From an uncultured Bordetella sp. (lineage in GTDB: Bacteria; Pseudomonadota; Gammaproteobacteria; Burkholderiales; SG8-39), in the NCBI GenBank assembly GCA_964385505.1, contig CAYLPI010000006.1, forward strand, positions 1 to 56,174: 56,174 nucleotides of DNA. The letters are read 5' to 3'. Positions within the stretch are counted from its first letter, which is position 1. Each line of letters begins with the position of its first letter. Positions 1 to 10,770 of the stretch are shown here, one piece after another. Made by a program: the position numbers and the translations under genes. The notes beneath the pieces were generated by a model. It was not told the DNA's origin, did not search any database, and saw only the letters and a list, made by a program, of their open reading frames with translations.

Positions 1-621
1 ATCCATGACATAGGCGCGGCCGGCGATTTCGAGAGACTGGCCGACATTCTGCTCCACCAGCAAAATCGCCAGGCCGTCGTCGTTGAGGTGCTTGATCAGC
101 GCGAACATTTCCTCCACCAGCAGCGGCGACAACCCGAGCGAGGGTTCGTCGAGAATCAGCAGTTTGGGCTCGGCCATCATGCCGCGGCCGATCGCCAGCA
201 TCTGCTGTTCGCCGCCCGAGAGCGTACCGGCGCGTTGCGCCACGCGGTCTTTGAGGCGCGGAAAAATGCCGAACACGCGCTCGATGTTTTTGTCGCGATG
301 GGCGCGTCCCCTGCGGTAGCTGCCCAGTTCAATGTTCTCGAGCACCGTCAGGTTGGGGAAGACGCGCCGGCCCTCGGGCACCTGGATCAGCCCGGAGGCG
401 ACGATGCCCGCCGTGCCCGAGCGTGTGATGTCGGCGCCGTCGAAGCGTACGCTGCCGGCCGAGGCCTTGATCAGCCCGCAGACGGTGTTATTGAACGTCG
501 ATTTGCCGGCGCCATTGGAGCCGAGCACGGCGACGATCTCGCCGGCGTGAATTTCCAGGCTGACGCCGCGCAGGATTTCCACGGCACCGTAACCGCTTCG
601 GAGGTCTCGAACCTCAAGCAT
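1..621 (-). CDS. livF: Branched-chain/HAAT-family ABC transporter ATP-binding protein (LivF-like), 3' end outside the window
   Basis: Reverse translation from the ATG at 619-621 reads MLEVRDLRSGYGAVEILRGVSLEIHAGEIVAVLGSNGAGKST (Walker A), then LSGGEQQML and LLILDEPS. It runs off the window edge. Its start overlaps the livG stop (ATGCTTGA). Confidence 0.9.
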   Translation of the reverse strand, partial: MLEVRDLRSGYGAVEILRGVSLEIHAGEIVAVLGSNGAGKSTFNNTVCGLIKASAGSVRFDGADITRSGTAGIVASGLIQVPEGRRVFPNLTVLENIELGSYRRGRAHRDKNIERVFGIFPRLKDRVAQRAGTLSGGEQQMLAIGRGMMAEPKLLILDEPSLGLSPLLVEEMFALIKHLNDDGLAILLVEQNVGQSLEIAGRAYVMD

Positions 622-1363
622 GGTTCGCCTCCGCCGCCTTGCGCAGGCGCTCGGCCGTGCCGTGGCCGAGATAGGCTTCGATGACCCTGGTATTGCCGGT
701 TATTTCCGCCGGGCTGCCCTGTGCGATGAGCTGGCCGTTGCTCAGCACATAGACCGATTCGGCCAGGTTCATCACCGCCTGCATCACGTGCTCTATCATC
801 AGCACGGTGACGCCGGTATCGCGGATCTGGCGTATCACCGGGATCACCTCGGTGATCTCCTGCGGGTTGAGGCCGGCCAGCACCTCGTCGAGCAGCAGCA
901 GTTGCGGTTCGGTGGCGAGGGCGCGCGCCAGTTCGAGGCGTTTCCTGCCAGCAACGGTCAGGTTGAGTGCCAGCTTGTTCAGTTGCGGGGCAAGCCCGAC
1001 CCGGGTGGCGACGGCCTCGGCGTAGGCGAGGGCGTCGCGGCGTGAGGCGTGGCGCAGATGGGCGCCGACGGCAATGTTCTCGCGCACGGTCTGCGCGCCA
1101 AAGGGCTGCACGATCTGGAAGGTGCGCGTCATGCCCAGGCGGCAGATCAGATGCGGCGCGAGTCCGGTGATGTCGCGGCCGAGAAAATGCACGCTGCCGC
1201 TGTCGGGTTTGAGAAAGCCCGACACCAGGCCGAACAGCGTTGACTTGCCCGCGCCATTGGGACCGATCAGACCGACGATGGCGCCCTTGGGCACGCTGAG
1301 CGTGACATCGCCGACCGCACGCAGGCCGCCAAAGCTGATCGACAGGCCGCGCGCTTCAAGCAC
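614..1363 (-). CDS. livG: HAAT-family ABC transporter ATP-binding protein (LivG-like)
   Basis: 249-aa ORF with a GTG start, Walker A GPNGAGKST and LLLLDEVLAG. It is translationally coupled to both neighbours. Confidence 0.9.
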   Translation of the reverse strand: MLEARGLSISFGGLRAVGDVTLSVPKGAIVGLIGPNGAGKSTLFGLVSGFLKPDSGSVHFLGRDITGLAPHLICRLGMTRTFQIVQPFGAQTVRENIAVGAHLRHASRRDALAYAEAVATRVGLAPQLNKLALNLTVAGRKRLELARALATEPQLLLLDEVLAGLNPQEITEVIPVIRQIRDTGVTVLMIEHVMQAVMNLAESVYVLSNGQLIAQGSPAEITGNTRVIEAYLGHGTAERLRKAAEANHA

Positions 1364-2321
1364 CGGAATCCCCCTTTTTGTCGTCGCGGGCCTTGCGCCG
1401 GAACAGGCCGATGATGCCCTGCGGCAGGAAGGTCACCATCAGAATCAGCACCACGCCATAGGCCATCAGGTTGACGCCGGGCACGTCGCCCATCACGCCG
1501 CGGGTGAACTCGCCCAGACCGTGCAGCACTGCGGCGCCTAGCAACGGACCCCACAGCGTGCCCATGCCGCCGATGATGGGGCCAAGCAGCGCTTCGACCG
1601 ACACCGCCGGCCCGTAGGCGAGGTGCGGGTCGATGTAATGAAACAGCTGCACGTAAAACGCACCGCCGGCGGCCATCAGCGCACCGGACATCATGATTGC
1701 GGCGAGCTTGACGCGAAACACATTGACGCCGAGCGCCGCGGCCGAGTCTTCGTTGTCACGCACCGCCTGCAGCCAGGCGCCGTAGCGCGAGCGCTTGAGC
1801 CACCAGGTCAGCAGCAGTCCGGCCAGCACAAAGGCGAGGATGAGGTACAGGTAGCCCGCCTTGCCGGTAAACTGCAGGTCGGCTGCGGATTCCTTCAGCG
1901 GCACCATCAGGCCGACGCCGGCGCCGGTGAAGTCGAAGGTGTTGGAGAGGATGCGAAAGACCTCGGCAAAGGCGAGGGTTACCAGCGCGAAGTAAGAGCC
2001 CTTGAGGCCGTAGCGAAACGACAGCGCACCGATGAACGCACCGACGGCCGAACCGAGCGCGAGCGCGACCGGCAGCGCCGCCCAGGCGTTCCAGCCGAAT
2101 TTCACCTGCAGCACCGCCATGGCGTAGGCGCCGCTGCCGAAAAACACCGCGTGACCGAATGAAAACTGGCCGCCGAAACCGCCCAGAATGTTCCAGGCCT
2201 GGCCGAGCAGCGCGGCGTAGAGTGTCATGATGATGAGGTTGAGCATCGAGCCCGAGCTCGTCAACAGGGGCGCCAGCGCCACCAGCGCGCAAAAAACAAA
2301 AATACCGGCCAGCTCTTTCAT
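1356..2321 (-). CDS. livM: HAAT-family ABC transporter permease (LivM-like)
   Basis: Polytopic hydrophobic ORF. I trimmed the start to the ATG at 2319-2321 (MKELAGIFVF), which forms an ATGA overlap with the livH stop. Confidence 0.85.
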   Translation of the reverse strand: MKELAGIFVFCALVALAPLLTSSGSMLNLIIMTLYAALLGQAWNILGGFGGQFSFGHAVFFGSGAYAMAVLQVKFGWNAWAALPVALALGSAVGAFIGALSFRYGLKGSYFALVTLAFAEVFRILSNTFDFTGAGVGLMVPLKESAADLQFTGKAGYLYLILAFVLAGLLLTWWLKRSRYGAWLQAVRDNEDSAAALGVNVFRVKLAAIMMSGALMAAGGAFYVQLFHYIDPHLAYGPAVSVEALLGPIIGGMGTLWGPLLGAAVLHGLGEFTRGVMGDVPGVNLMAYGVVLILMVTFLPQGIIGLFRRKARDDKKGDSGA

Positions 2322-3190
2322 GCCCGCGCCCCGAACAGTCCCTGCGGCCGGAACAGCAGCACGGCAATGAAAATCACGAATATGCCGATCTGCCCCAGAC
2401 TCTCGCCCAGCCATAGGCCGCCGACCGATTCGACCACACCGATCAGCAACCCGCCGGCGAGTGCGCCGGCAAAGCTGCCCATGCCGCCCAGCACGACGAT
2501 GGTGAAGGCGATCAGCACAAAGCCGCTGCCCACGGTCGGGTTGACGTAATAGGCGGGCAGCAGGAAGCAGGCCGCCGCGCCAAGGCAGGCGAGGCCGATG
2601 CCGAAACTCATGGCAAAGACATGCTCGACATCGATGCCGACGAGGCGCGCGCCCTGGCGTTCCTTGGCGCAGGCGCGGATGGCGCGGCCGAGGTCGGTGC
2701 GGCCGATGACCAGCAGCAAAATGGCCGCAGTAGCGAGTGCGCCGCCAAAGGCGGCAACCTTGGGCACCGAGATCAGCGCGCCGCCGATGTCCACGGTGGA
2801 CAGGGTGTAGGGCGTGTCGATGTTGCGCGTATCGGACTTGAACGCGTAGAGCGCGAGGTTTTCCAGGATGATGGAGATGCCCAGCGTGACGAGCAGGATG
2901 TTCTCGTCCTTGCCGTGGCTGGCGCGGCCGATGACAAAGCGTTGCAGTGCATAGCCGAAGGCGAACATCGCCGGCACCATGATGGGCAGCGCCAGATACG
3001 GGTCGATGCCGGCGCGCTGGTGCAGGAAGTACACGCCATAGAGCGCCACCATCAAGGCGGCGCCATGGGCGAAATTGATGATGTGCAGCACGCCGTAGAT
3101 CAGCGTGAGCCCGAGCGCGATCAGCGCATAGACGGCGCCGGTGGTGAGCCCGTTGAGGATGGACGGGTAGAGGATTGACAGTTCAAGCAT
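2318..3190 (-). CDS. livH: HAAT-family ABC transporter permease (LivH-like)
   Basis: 290-aa membrane ORF starting MLELSILYPSILNGLTTGAVYALIALGLTLIYG, a typical LivH N-terminus. Confidence 0.9.
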   Translation of the reverse strand: MLELSILYPSILNGLTTGAVYALIALGLTLIYGVLHIINFAHGAALMVALYGVYFLHQRAGIDPYLALPIMVPAMFAFGYALQRFVIGRASHGKDENILLVTLGISIILENLALYAFKSDTRNIDTPYTLSTVDIGGALISVPKVAAFGGALATAAILLLVIGRTDLGRAIRACAKERQGARLVGIDVEHVFAMSFGIGLACLGAAACFLLPAYYVNPTVGSGFVLIAFTIVVLGGMGSFAGALAGGLLIGVVESVGGLWLGESLGQIGIFVIFIAVLLFRPQGLFGARA

Positions 3191-3231
3191 GAGACCGGGT
3201 TGCCGTTCTGAAACCTATGCCCAGGCAGGAA

Positions 3232-3314
3232 ATGTCATTCCGGGGGTAGCGGGGAATCTGCTTTTTGGTTTGCGTCAAAAGCAGATTCCTCGGCCGACGG
3301 CCTCGGAATGACAT
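3232..3314 (-). promoter_or_regulatory. Nested intercistronic stem-loop between the binding-protein gene and livH
   Basis: Outer arms atgtcattccg (3232-3242) and cggaatgacat (3304-3314). Inner arms ggaatctgctttt (3253-3265) and aaaagcagattcc (3277-3289). Confidence 0.6.
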
Positions 3315-3342
3315 CGCAATTCAAGCCGGCGCCAGATTTCTC

Positions 3343-4569
3343 TCAGGCCTTCCAGGGAAAGACCGGTTCGGCTTCGGCGTAGGTATTGGGCAGGATCACT
3401 TTGATATCGCCTTTCAACACCTGCATCATCAGCGGCTGCGCGCCCTGGTTCTGTCCGCCGACAAACTTGGTCGGGCCGTAAGGCATGAAGTGTTTGTCCC
3501 AGGTCGAGTTGGTCAGCGCATCGACGATGGCGCCGCGGTCGCGCGACTTGGCGCGCTCGATGGCGTCGGCCAGCAGGTACACCGCCTGGTAGTTGAGGAA
3601 CACCTCGTAGGTGAAGAATTGGCCCATCGCATCGACCTTTTTCTTCAGCGCAAGCGCGCGCTTGTCCTTCGGGTTGTACCAGTGGTTGCAGTCGATCACG
3701 CCGTTGGCCGCGTCCGGAAACTCCTTGGTGAACTTGAAGCTCGATGCGGCGCCGCCCAGCACCGAGTAAATGGCCTTGGGCTGCACGTTCTGCTGCTTCA
3801 TCGTGCGCACCAGCAGCGCGTACTCGTTGAAGTAATTAGCCGGGATGACGATGTCCGGGTTGAGCGCCTTCATGCGCAGCACGATGTTGTTGAAGTCGCG
3901 CGTCGGGTTGGCGTGCTTGATCACCTCCTTGACCTCGTAGCCCATGCCGGGCAGTTCGGCGGCGAGCAGGTTGGCGGTGCCGGTGCCGAACAGCGACTCT
4001 TCGTGGATGATCATCACCGTCCTCGCCGGCTTTCTCGCCAGCGTGTTCATGATGTGCAGGTTGTTGATGGCCGAGCGTGCGACGACCTTGTAACCCGGGG
4101 CGAAGCGGAAGGTGTTCTTGAGGCCGCGCTCGACGATCTGGTCGGCCACGCCGACATCGACCAGGTGCGGAATGTTGTACTTGGCCGCCGCCTGGGTGGT
4201 GGCGAGGCAGATGGCGCTGGCGTAGGCGCCGACGATGGCCGAGACGCCGGCCTCGTTCAGCTTCTCGACCTCGGCCACGCCGATCTGCGGCTGCGATTGC
4301 GCGTCGGCATAAATCGCATCGAGCCTGGCGCCGCCGAGGGACTTGATGCCACCGGCGGCGTTGATTTCGTCAACCGCCAGTTTGGCGCCGACGCGGCACA
4401 GATTGCCCGAGTAGGCGAGAAAGCCGGTCACCGGATGCAGGATGCCGATCTTGATCGGGCCGGTCTGGCTGCTGGCGATGCCGGGGAAGCCGGCGACAGC
4501 CGTCGCCGCCGTGAGTGCCGCAGACTGCTTGATGAAGGTGCGGCGTTCGTTTCTGGGTCGGTGTGTCAT
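3343..4569 (-). CDS. Periplasmic substrate-binding protein of the ABC transporter (LivK/type-I PBP fold) with a twin-arginine leader
   Basis: 408-aa ORF. N-terminus [35 protein letters not shown] contains a Tat-type RRxFIK motif. It is the first gene of the liv-type operon. Confidence 0.85.
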   Translation of the reverse strand: MTHRPRNERRTFIKQSAALTAATAVAGFPGIASSQTGPIKIGILHPVTGFLAYSGNLCRVGAKLAVDEINAAGGIKSLGGARLDAIYADAQSQPQIGVAEVEKLNEAGVSAIVGAYASAICLATTQAAAKYNIPHLVDVGVADQIVERGLKNTFRFAPGYKVVARSAINNLHIMNTLARKPARTVMIIHEESLFGTGTANLLAAELPGMGYEVKEVIKHANPTRDFNNIVLRMKALNPDIVIPANYFNEYALLVRTMKQQNVQPKAIYSVLGGAASSFKFTKEFPDAANGVIDCNHWYNPKDKRALALKKKVDAMGQFFTYEVFLNYQAVYLLADAIERAKSRDRGAIVDALTNSTWDKHFMPYGPTKFVGGQNQGAQPLMMQVLKGDIKVILPNTYAEAEPVFPWKA

Positions 4570-4604
4570 TGCGGCCTCCGTGGGTTTGGGGTGAAACAGG
4601 TTTA

Positions 4605-5369
4605 TCAGGATGCGGGAATGCTGTCGCGATTGACCCAGATGCGGGCTTCGTCGCCGATGCGTGACAACTGCATCTGGTATTCATAACGGTCCGGGCGGTA
4701 CAGCCCGCGCAGCAACTGCACCGGGCGCTTGCGCTCATCGTAGACGATGCGCGTTACCGCGAGCAGCGCGGCGCCCAGTTCTACTTCGAGCAACGGGGCC
4801 ACCGCGTGGTCGGCGAGCTTGGCGCTGACGGTCTGCTCGGCGCTTGCCACCTTGACGCCGGCCTCTTCGAGCAGACTCAGCATCGGTTTGGCTGACAACT
4901 GCTTGCGGCTGAAGCTGGCGCAGATCGCCGCCGGCACAAAGGTGGTGATATGCGAAAAGGGCGCGCTCTTGTGGCTGCGCACGCGCACGGCTTTTTGCAC
5001 CGGTTCGCCGCGCGTGATGCCCAGGCTCCCGGCCACATCCGGCGGCGCGCCGACGTTGTCGAGATCGATCAGGCGCACTGCCGTTTTCAGGCCCATGCTG
5101 ACCAGGTTGTCGAGCAGGCCGGCCAGATTGGCCGGTGCCGGCCCGGGTGCGGGCAGGCGCCGGGCAAAGGTGCCGCGGCCGCGCTGGCGCACAATCAGTC
5201 CGTCCACGGCAAGGCGGTCGAGGGCGGCGCGCATGGTGACGCGAGACACGCCGAATTGCCCGGCCAGATCCAGCTCCCCTGGCAGCGGGATGTCAGTGCC
5301 AAAACGCCCCTCCGACAACTGTTCGCGCAGCACCAGGTAGATCTGGTGGTAGCGCGGCAGCGGCAGCAT
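4605..5369 (-). CDS. GntR-family (HutC/UTRA-type) transcriptional regulator
   Basis: From the ATG at 5367-5369: MLPLPRYHQIYLVLREQLSEGRF...LPGELDLAGQFGVSRVTMRAALDRLAVDGLIVRQRGRGTF (winged HTH), followed by a roughly 150-aa effector domain. Confidence 0.8.
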   Translation of the reverse strand: MLPLPRYHQIYLVLREQLSEGRFGTDIPLPGELDLAGQFGVSRVTMRAALDRLAVDGLIVRQRGRGTFARRLPAPGPAPANLAGLLDNLVSMGLKTAVRLIDLDNVGAPPDVAGSLGITRGEPVQKAVRVRSHKSAPFSHITTFVPAAICASFSRKQLSAKPMLSLLEEAGVKVASAEQTVSAKLADHAVAPLLEVELGAALLAVTRIVYDERKRPVQLLRGLYRPDRYEYQMQLSRIGDEARIWVNRDSIPAS

Positions 5370-5534
5370 GGCGGCGGAATCGGCTTTGCGGGTGGATTTG
5401 AGCACGGTGACTGATGCTACAAAGGGCAAAATGTATTGTCAATCAGACAACTTGCGGCGTTTATCGTCGATTCACCGGCGTGGGCGGGTTCGTCGGGTTT
5501 GCTATCGCGACGCCGTTCCGGTAACGTGCGGTAG

Positions 5535-7629
<2,095 letters not shown>

Positions 7630-7761
7630 ACGCATGAATCAGAATGCAATGGCCATGCAATGGCGCAAAATCATTGCGGCTGCGGGCTTCAGGCCCGGGG
7701 AATCCGGCGATCCACGCGGCGGTAGCGGTGTTGCGGCCGGTGTCGCCGGGTCCGGCCGTTA

Positions 7762-8043
7762 TCAGAGGTCGAGGTCGTCGGTGAGGTCGTCGGCGAGGTC
7801 TTCGGCCGACAGCAGCAATTCCCCAATACTGTCTTCGGGTAATTCGTCATCGGCGATGGCTGTGGCATCAACCGCCTCATCGTAGCGCGACAACTCGGTG
7901 TTGTAGCCCTTGCCGGTATAGGTGTCGAGCGGGCGGCAGACGCGCGGTTTCAGATTCCATTTTGCGGCATGGTCAAGGGCGGCCTTGATCGTGTCCTTGT
8001 CGAGGATCAGAGCGAAGCGGTTCGGCTGTATGGTGCTGTTCAT
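7762..8043 (-). CDS. Small hypothetical protein with a strongly acidic C-terminal tail
   Basis: 93-aa ORF from the ATG at 8041-8043 with a gggaga RBS. Tail reads DATAIADDELPEDSIGELLLSAEDLADDLTDDLDL. I recognise no family. Confidence 0.5.
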   Translation of the reverse strand: MNSTIQPNRFALILDKDTIKAALDHAAKWNLKPRVCRPLDTYTGKGYNTELSRYDEAVDATAIADDELPEDSIGELLLSAEDLADDLTDDLDL

Positions 8044-8183
8044 GTCGATCTCCCGTGGTGGTTGGAATGCCAGGCTGACGGGAATCACTTTATGCCGGCA
8101 TCGTTAAAAACATAAGTCGGCCGGTACCGCTGCTTTGTGTAGGATAAATTCCTATAGCGGGTGTGTTTCCGGCCGAGGCATGT

Positions 8184-8217
8184 GGCTGGAAACGCCCGAC
8201 TGGCGCGGCTTTCAGGG
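8184..8217 (+). repeat. REP-like hairpin element, copy A
   Basis: GGCTGGAAACGCCCGACTGGCGCGGCTTTCAGGG. Shares the core with copies at 18131, 24418 and 33022. Confidence 0.75.
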
Positions 8218-8240
8218 TGCCTGCCCGGGCGTTTTTGGAT

Positions 8241-8705
8241 TTACGCGCCGGGTGCCGCCGGCCGGTTTTTCCACACCAGCGCGTCCAGCGCCAGCCGGCC
8301 CGGGCCATGCAACAGCGTCACCAGCAGCAGCACCGCCCAGTAGGCGTGCTGCGCCAGCGCCGGCTCGAGGTCTTTGAGCACATGCCAGTAGGCGACAACG
8401 GCCACGGCGTTGAGTATGAACAGCGCCGCCGCGGAAAAACGGCTGGCCAGGCCCAGCGCCAGCAGCACCGGGAACACCAGTTCGCCGAAGGTGCCGAGCG
8501 CGGCAGCCAGCTCAGGCGGCAGCAGCGGCACGTGGTATTCGTCCTCGAACAAGGCGACGGTGTTTTCCCAACTGGCAATCTTGGTCAGGCCGGCGGAGAA
8601 GAAAATCTTTGCCACATAAAGCCGTATGCCGAGGTCGAGCAGCGTGCCGCCGTGGTTCAGCCAGGTGCGCGTATCGTCGAGAAGGACGGCTATTTTTGCG
8701 TTCAT
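8241..8705 (-). CDS. DoxX-family inner-membrane protein (fourth gene of the RiPP operon)
   Basis: MNAKIAVLLDDTRTWLNHGGTLLDLGIRLYVAKIFFSAGLTKIASWENTVALFEDEY... with four predicted TM helices. 52 nt downstream of the DUF2063 gene. Confidence 0.8.
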   Translation of the reverse strand: MNAKIAVLLDDTRTWLNHGGTLLDLGIRLYVAKIFFSAGLTKIASWENTVALFEDEYHVPLLPPELAAALGTFGELVFPVLLALGLASRFSAAALFILNAVAVVAYWHVLKDLEPALAQHAYWAVLLLVTLLHGPGRLALDALVWKNRPAAPGA

Positions 8706-8757
8706 GGTGCTGCTCCTGTTGCGCTCCGGTGCCTGCATCAGGCAGGTTCAGGCAAGT

Positions 8758-9546
8758 TCACGCAAGTGTGAAGTCAATGATCACGCGCTGTGCAACCCAG
8801 CGTTGCAGGGCGGCATCGGGCATGAAACCCGGGTCTGCGGCCGTCGCTGCGGTGAGGGCCGCGCCAAGCGTGTTGCCGCCGGCCAGCGCATTGAGGAAGG
8901 CGGATTCGCCCGCGGCAAGCGCCTCGACCACGACACGCAGCTGTGGACGCAGTACCAGAACCGTCGATGGGCCGGCATCCAGGTCGACGCTGAATTCGCC
9001 GGCGAAGTCGTGCTGGTGCACCTGCCAGATGCGCGCCAGCGGCCAGTCCGATTGCAGCAACGCGCAGGCCGGATGCAGCCACAGGCGCAAATGCGTCAGA
9101 TCGTCTGCGGCAATGGCGGCGAGCCGGCTGCCGTCGAAGGCCGCATGATCGGCGGCGTAGTGGGCGCGCTGCGCCAGCCACTCCATGCGCGCGACGTCGG
9201 CGAGGTAGGGCAATGCCTGCGCCGGTTCGAACGCGGCAAGGAAGTCGCCGAAAGTGTCGCCATATTCGTTGAGGTCGCCGCTGGCAGACGGATGCCGTAG
9301 CGCGTAGGCGCGCGCCAGCCCTTCGAAAAATTCAACACCGGTGATGGTTGCCGTGATCGGATAAATCGCCGCCAGCGCCTTGTGTGCATTGGCGCTGGAG
9401 TTGCCGCGGTAAATGGCGAGGCAACGTTTGATGCGCGCGGGCTCGCCGCGAAACAGCGGCACCGCCCCGGCCATTCCGGTCGCGGCTTTGCCGCCGGAAG
9501 CGAGCGCTGCGGCGAACCCGGACTGGATGGCCGCCAACTCAGACAT
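8758..9546 (-). CDS. DUF2063-family protein (partner subunit of the DUF692 oxidase, BufC/GigC-like)
   Basis: 262-aa ORF (…[19 protein letters not shown]…[11 protein letters not shown]…). Its start overlaps the DUF692 stop by 8 nt. Confidence 0.8.
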   Translation of the reverse strand: MSELAAIQSGFAAALASGGKAATGMAGAVPLFRGEPARIKRCLAIYRGNSSANAHKALAAIYPITATITGVEFFEGLARAYALRHPSASGDLNEYGDTFGDFLAAFEPAQALPYLADVARMEWLAQRAHYAADHAAFDGSRLAAIAADDLTHLRLWLHPACALLQSDWPLARIWQVHQHDFAGEFSVDLDAGPSTVLVLRPQLRVVVEALAAGESAFLNALAGGNTLGAALTAATAADPGFMPDAALQRWVAQRVIIDFTLA

Positions 9547-10393
9547 GTTCGGCCTCCATGCGGGCCGCCGCGCTCGCCGCCTCGCCTAGCAGCACGCCGA
9601 GTTCGGGTACATCGGTGTCCCATTCGATCAGCGTGGGCACCGGCCCGAACAGCGCGAGCGCCGCGTCGTACAGGCACCACACCGCGGGCGCAACCGCCGC
9701 GCCGTGGTCGTCTATCAGCGCGTCGTCCGTGACCAGATGGCCGGCAAGATGGATTTCGGCCACGCTGGCGCGCGGCAGAGCGGCCATGGCGGCCATTGCC
9801 GCCAGTGCGTCGCCGCCGTGGTTGACCTGGTTGATCTGGTTGACGTAGAGATTGTTGACGTCAAGCAGGATGCCGCAACCGGAACGCCGCACGAGTTCGG
9901 ATAAAAACTCGCCCTCGGACATGTCGCTGGCGCGAAACGCCACGTAACTGGATACGTTTTCGATCAGGATGCGCCGCCCCAGTGCGTCCTGTACGCGTTG
10001 TACGCGGGCGTTCATGTGGGCCAGCGCCTCTTCGGTGTGGGGCAATGGCAGCAGGTCGTTGAAGTGGCGGCCGCGGTGCGCACCCCAGCACAGGTGTTCG
10101 GAAACGAGCGCGGGTTCGAAGCGTGATACCAGGCGTTTGAGTTTTGCCAGATGCCGCTCGATGCGCGCATCGTCGTCGGTGCTGGCCGCCGAGCCGAGCG
10201 CGAGTCCGACGCCGTGCAGGCTGAGCGCATGGTTTTGACGCACGTGTTCGAGCACGTGCAAGTCGTAGCCGCCCTCGCCAAAGTAATTTTCACTGTGCAC
10301 CTCAACCCAGGGCACCGGCGGTGTGGTGTCGAGAAAATCGCGGTAATGACGCGCACGCAAGCCGATGCCGGCGCCGTGCAGTTGCGGAGTCAT
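9539..10393 (-). CDS. DUF692-family multinuclear non-heme iron oxidase (MNIO; MbnB/BufB/GigB-like)
   Basis: 284-aa TIM-barrel-type ORF: GIGLRARHY…VEVHSENYF…LSLHGVGL…VSEHLCW…LIENVSSY…[10 protein letters not shown]…EIHLAGH…IDDHG…LIEWD, the conserved metal-ligand pattern. Confidence 0.85.
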   Translation of the reverse strand: MTPQLHGAGIGLRARHYRDFLDTTPPVPWVEVHSENYFGEGGYDLHVLEHVRQNHALSLHGVGLALGSAASTDDDARIERHLAKLKRLVSRFEPALVSEHLCWGAHRGRHFNDLLPLPHTEEALAHMNARVQRVQDALGRRILIENVSSYVAFRASDMSEGEFLSELVRRSGCGILLDVNNLYVNQINQVNHGGDALAAMAAMAALPRASVAEIHLAGHLVTDDALIDDHGAAVAPAVWCLYDAALALFGPVPTLIEWDTDVPELGVLLGEAASAAARMEAEHV

Positions 10394-10479
10394 GTCAGGG
10401 TATGCGGGCGCCGGCCATCCGGACCGGAATTCGATCAGGGTGGTCCGGCGCGCGGGTTCATGAATATGGACGGGAGCGA

Positions 10480-10770
10480 TCAGCCCTTTTTTTCCATTTT
10501 TTTGTCCATCTTGGATGTCAGCTTGCCACCCATTTTTTCGCAGCTACCCTTGGCTGTGTACTTCCATTCATCGGGTGACATGTCCACTTTGGACTGGCCG
10601 GCGCACGAATGCGTGCCTGCTGCGTTGGCGCAGTCGTTCTGGCCGGCTTTGGCGATGCCAAAGCATTTTTCCTTGGCTGCGGCCTTGTCCTGGGCGGTGG
10701 CGGTGCCGGCGGCGGCACCAAGGGCGATCATGCCGGCGAGGGCGGCGCGGATAAGGGTTTGCTGATTCAT
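10480..10770 (-). CDS. DUF2282-family secreted Cys-rich RiPP precursor (bufferin/GigA-like)
   Basis: [26 protein letters not shown]|[70 protein letters not shown]. Sec signal peptide, four Cys in the family spacing, ggagga RBS. Confidence 0.85.
   Translation of the reverse strand: MNQQTLIRAALAGMIALGAAAGTATAQDKAAAKEKCFGIAKAGQNDCANAAGTHSCAGQSKVDMSPDEWKYTAKGSCEKMGGKLTSKMDKKMEKKG

Noticed and set aside
8135-8377. ORFs 8135..8377 and 24240..24590 share the peptide WLETPDWR(G/A)F and could be taken for a small conserved protein family.
   Set aside because: The shared peptide is the translation of the REP-like hairpin (GGCTGGAAACGCCCGACTGGCG). The similarity ends at the repeat borders.
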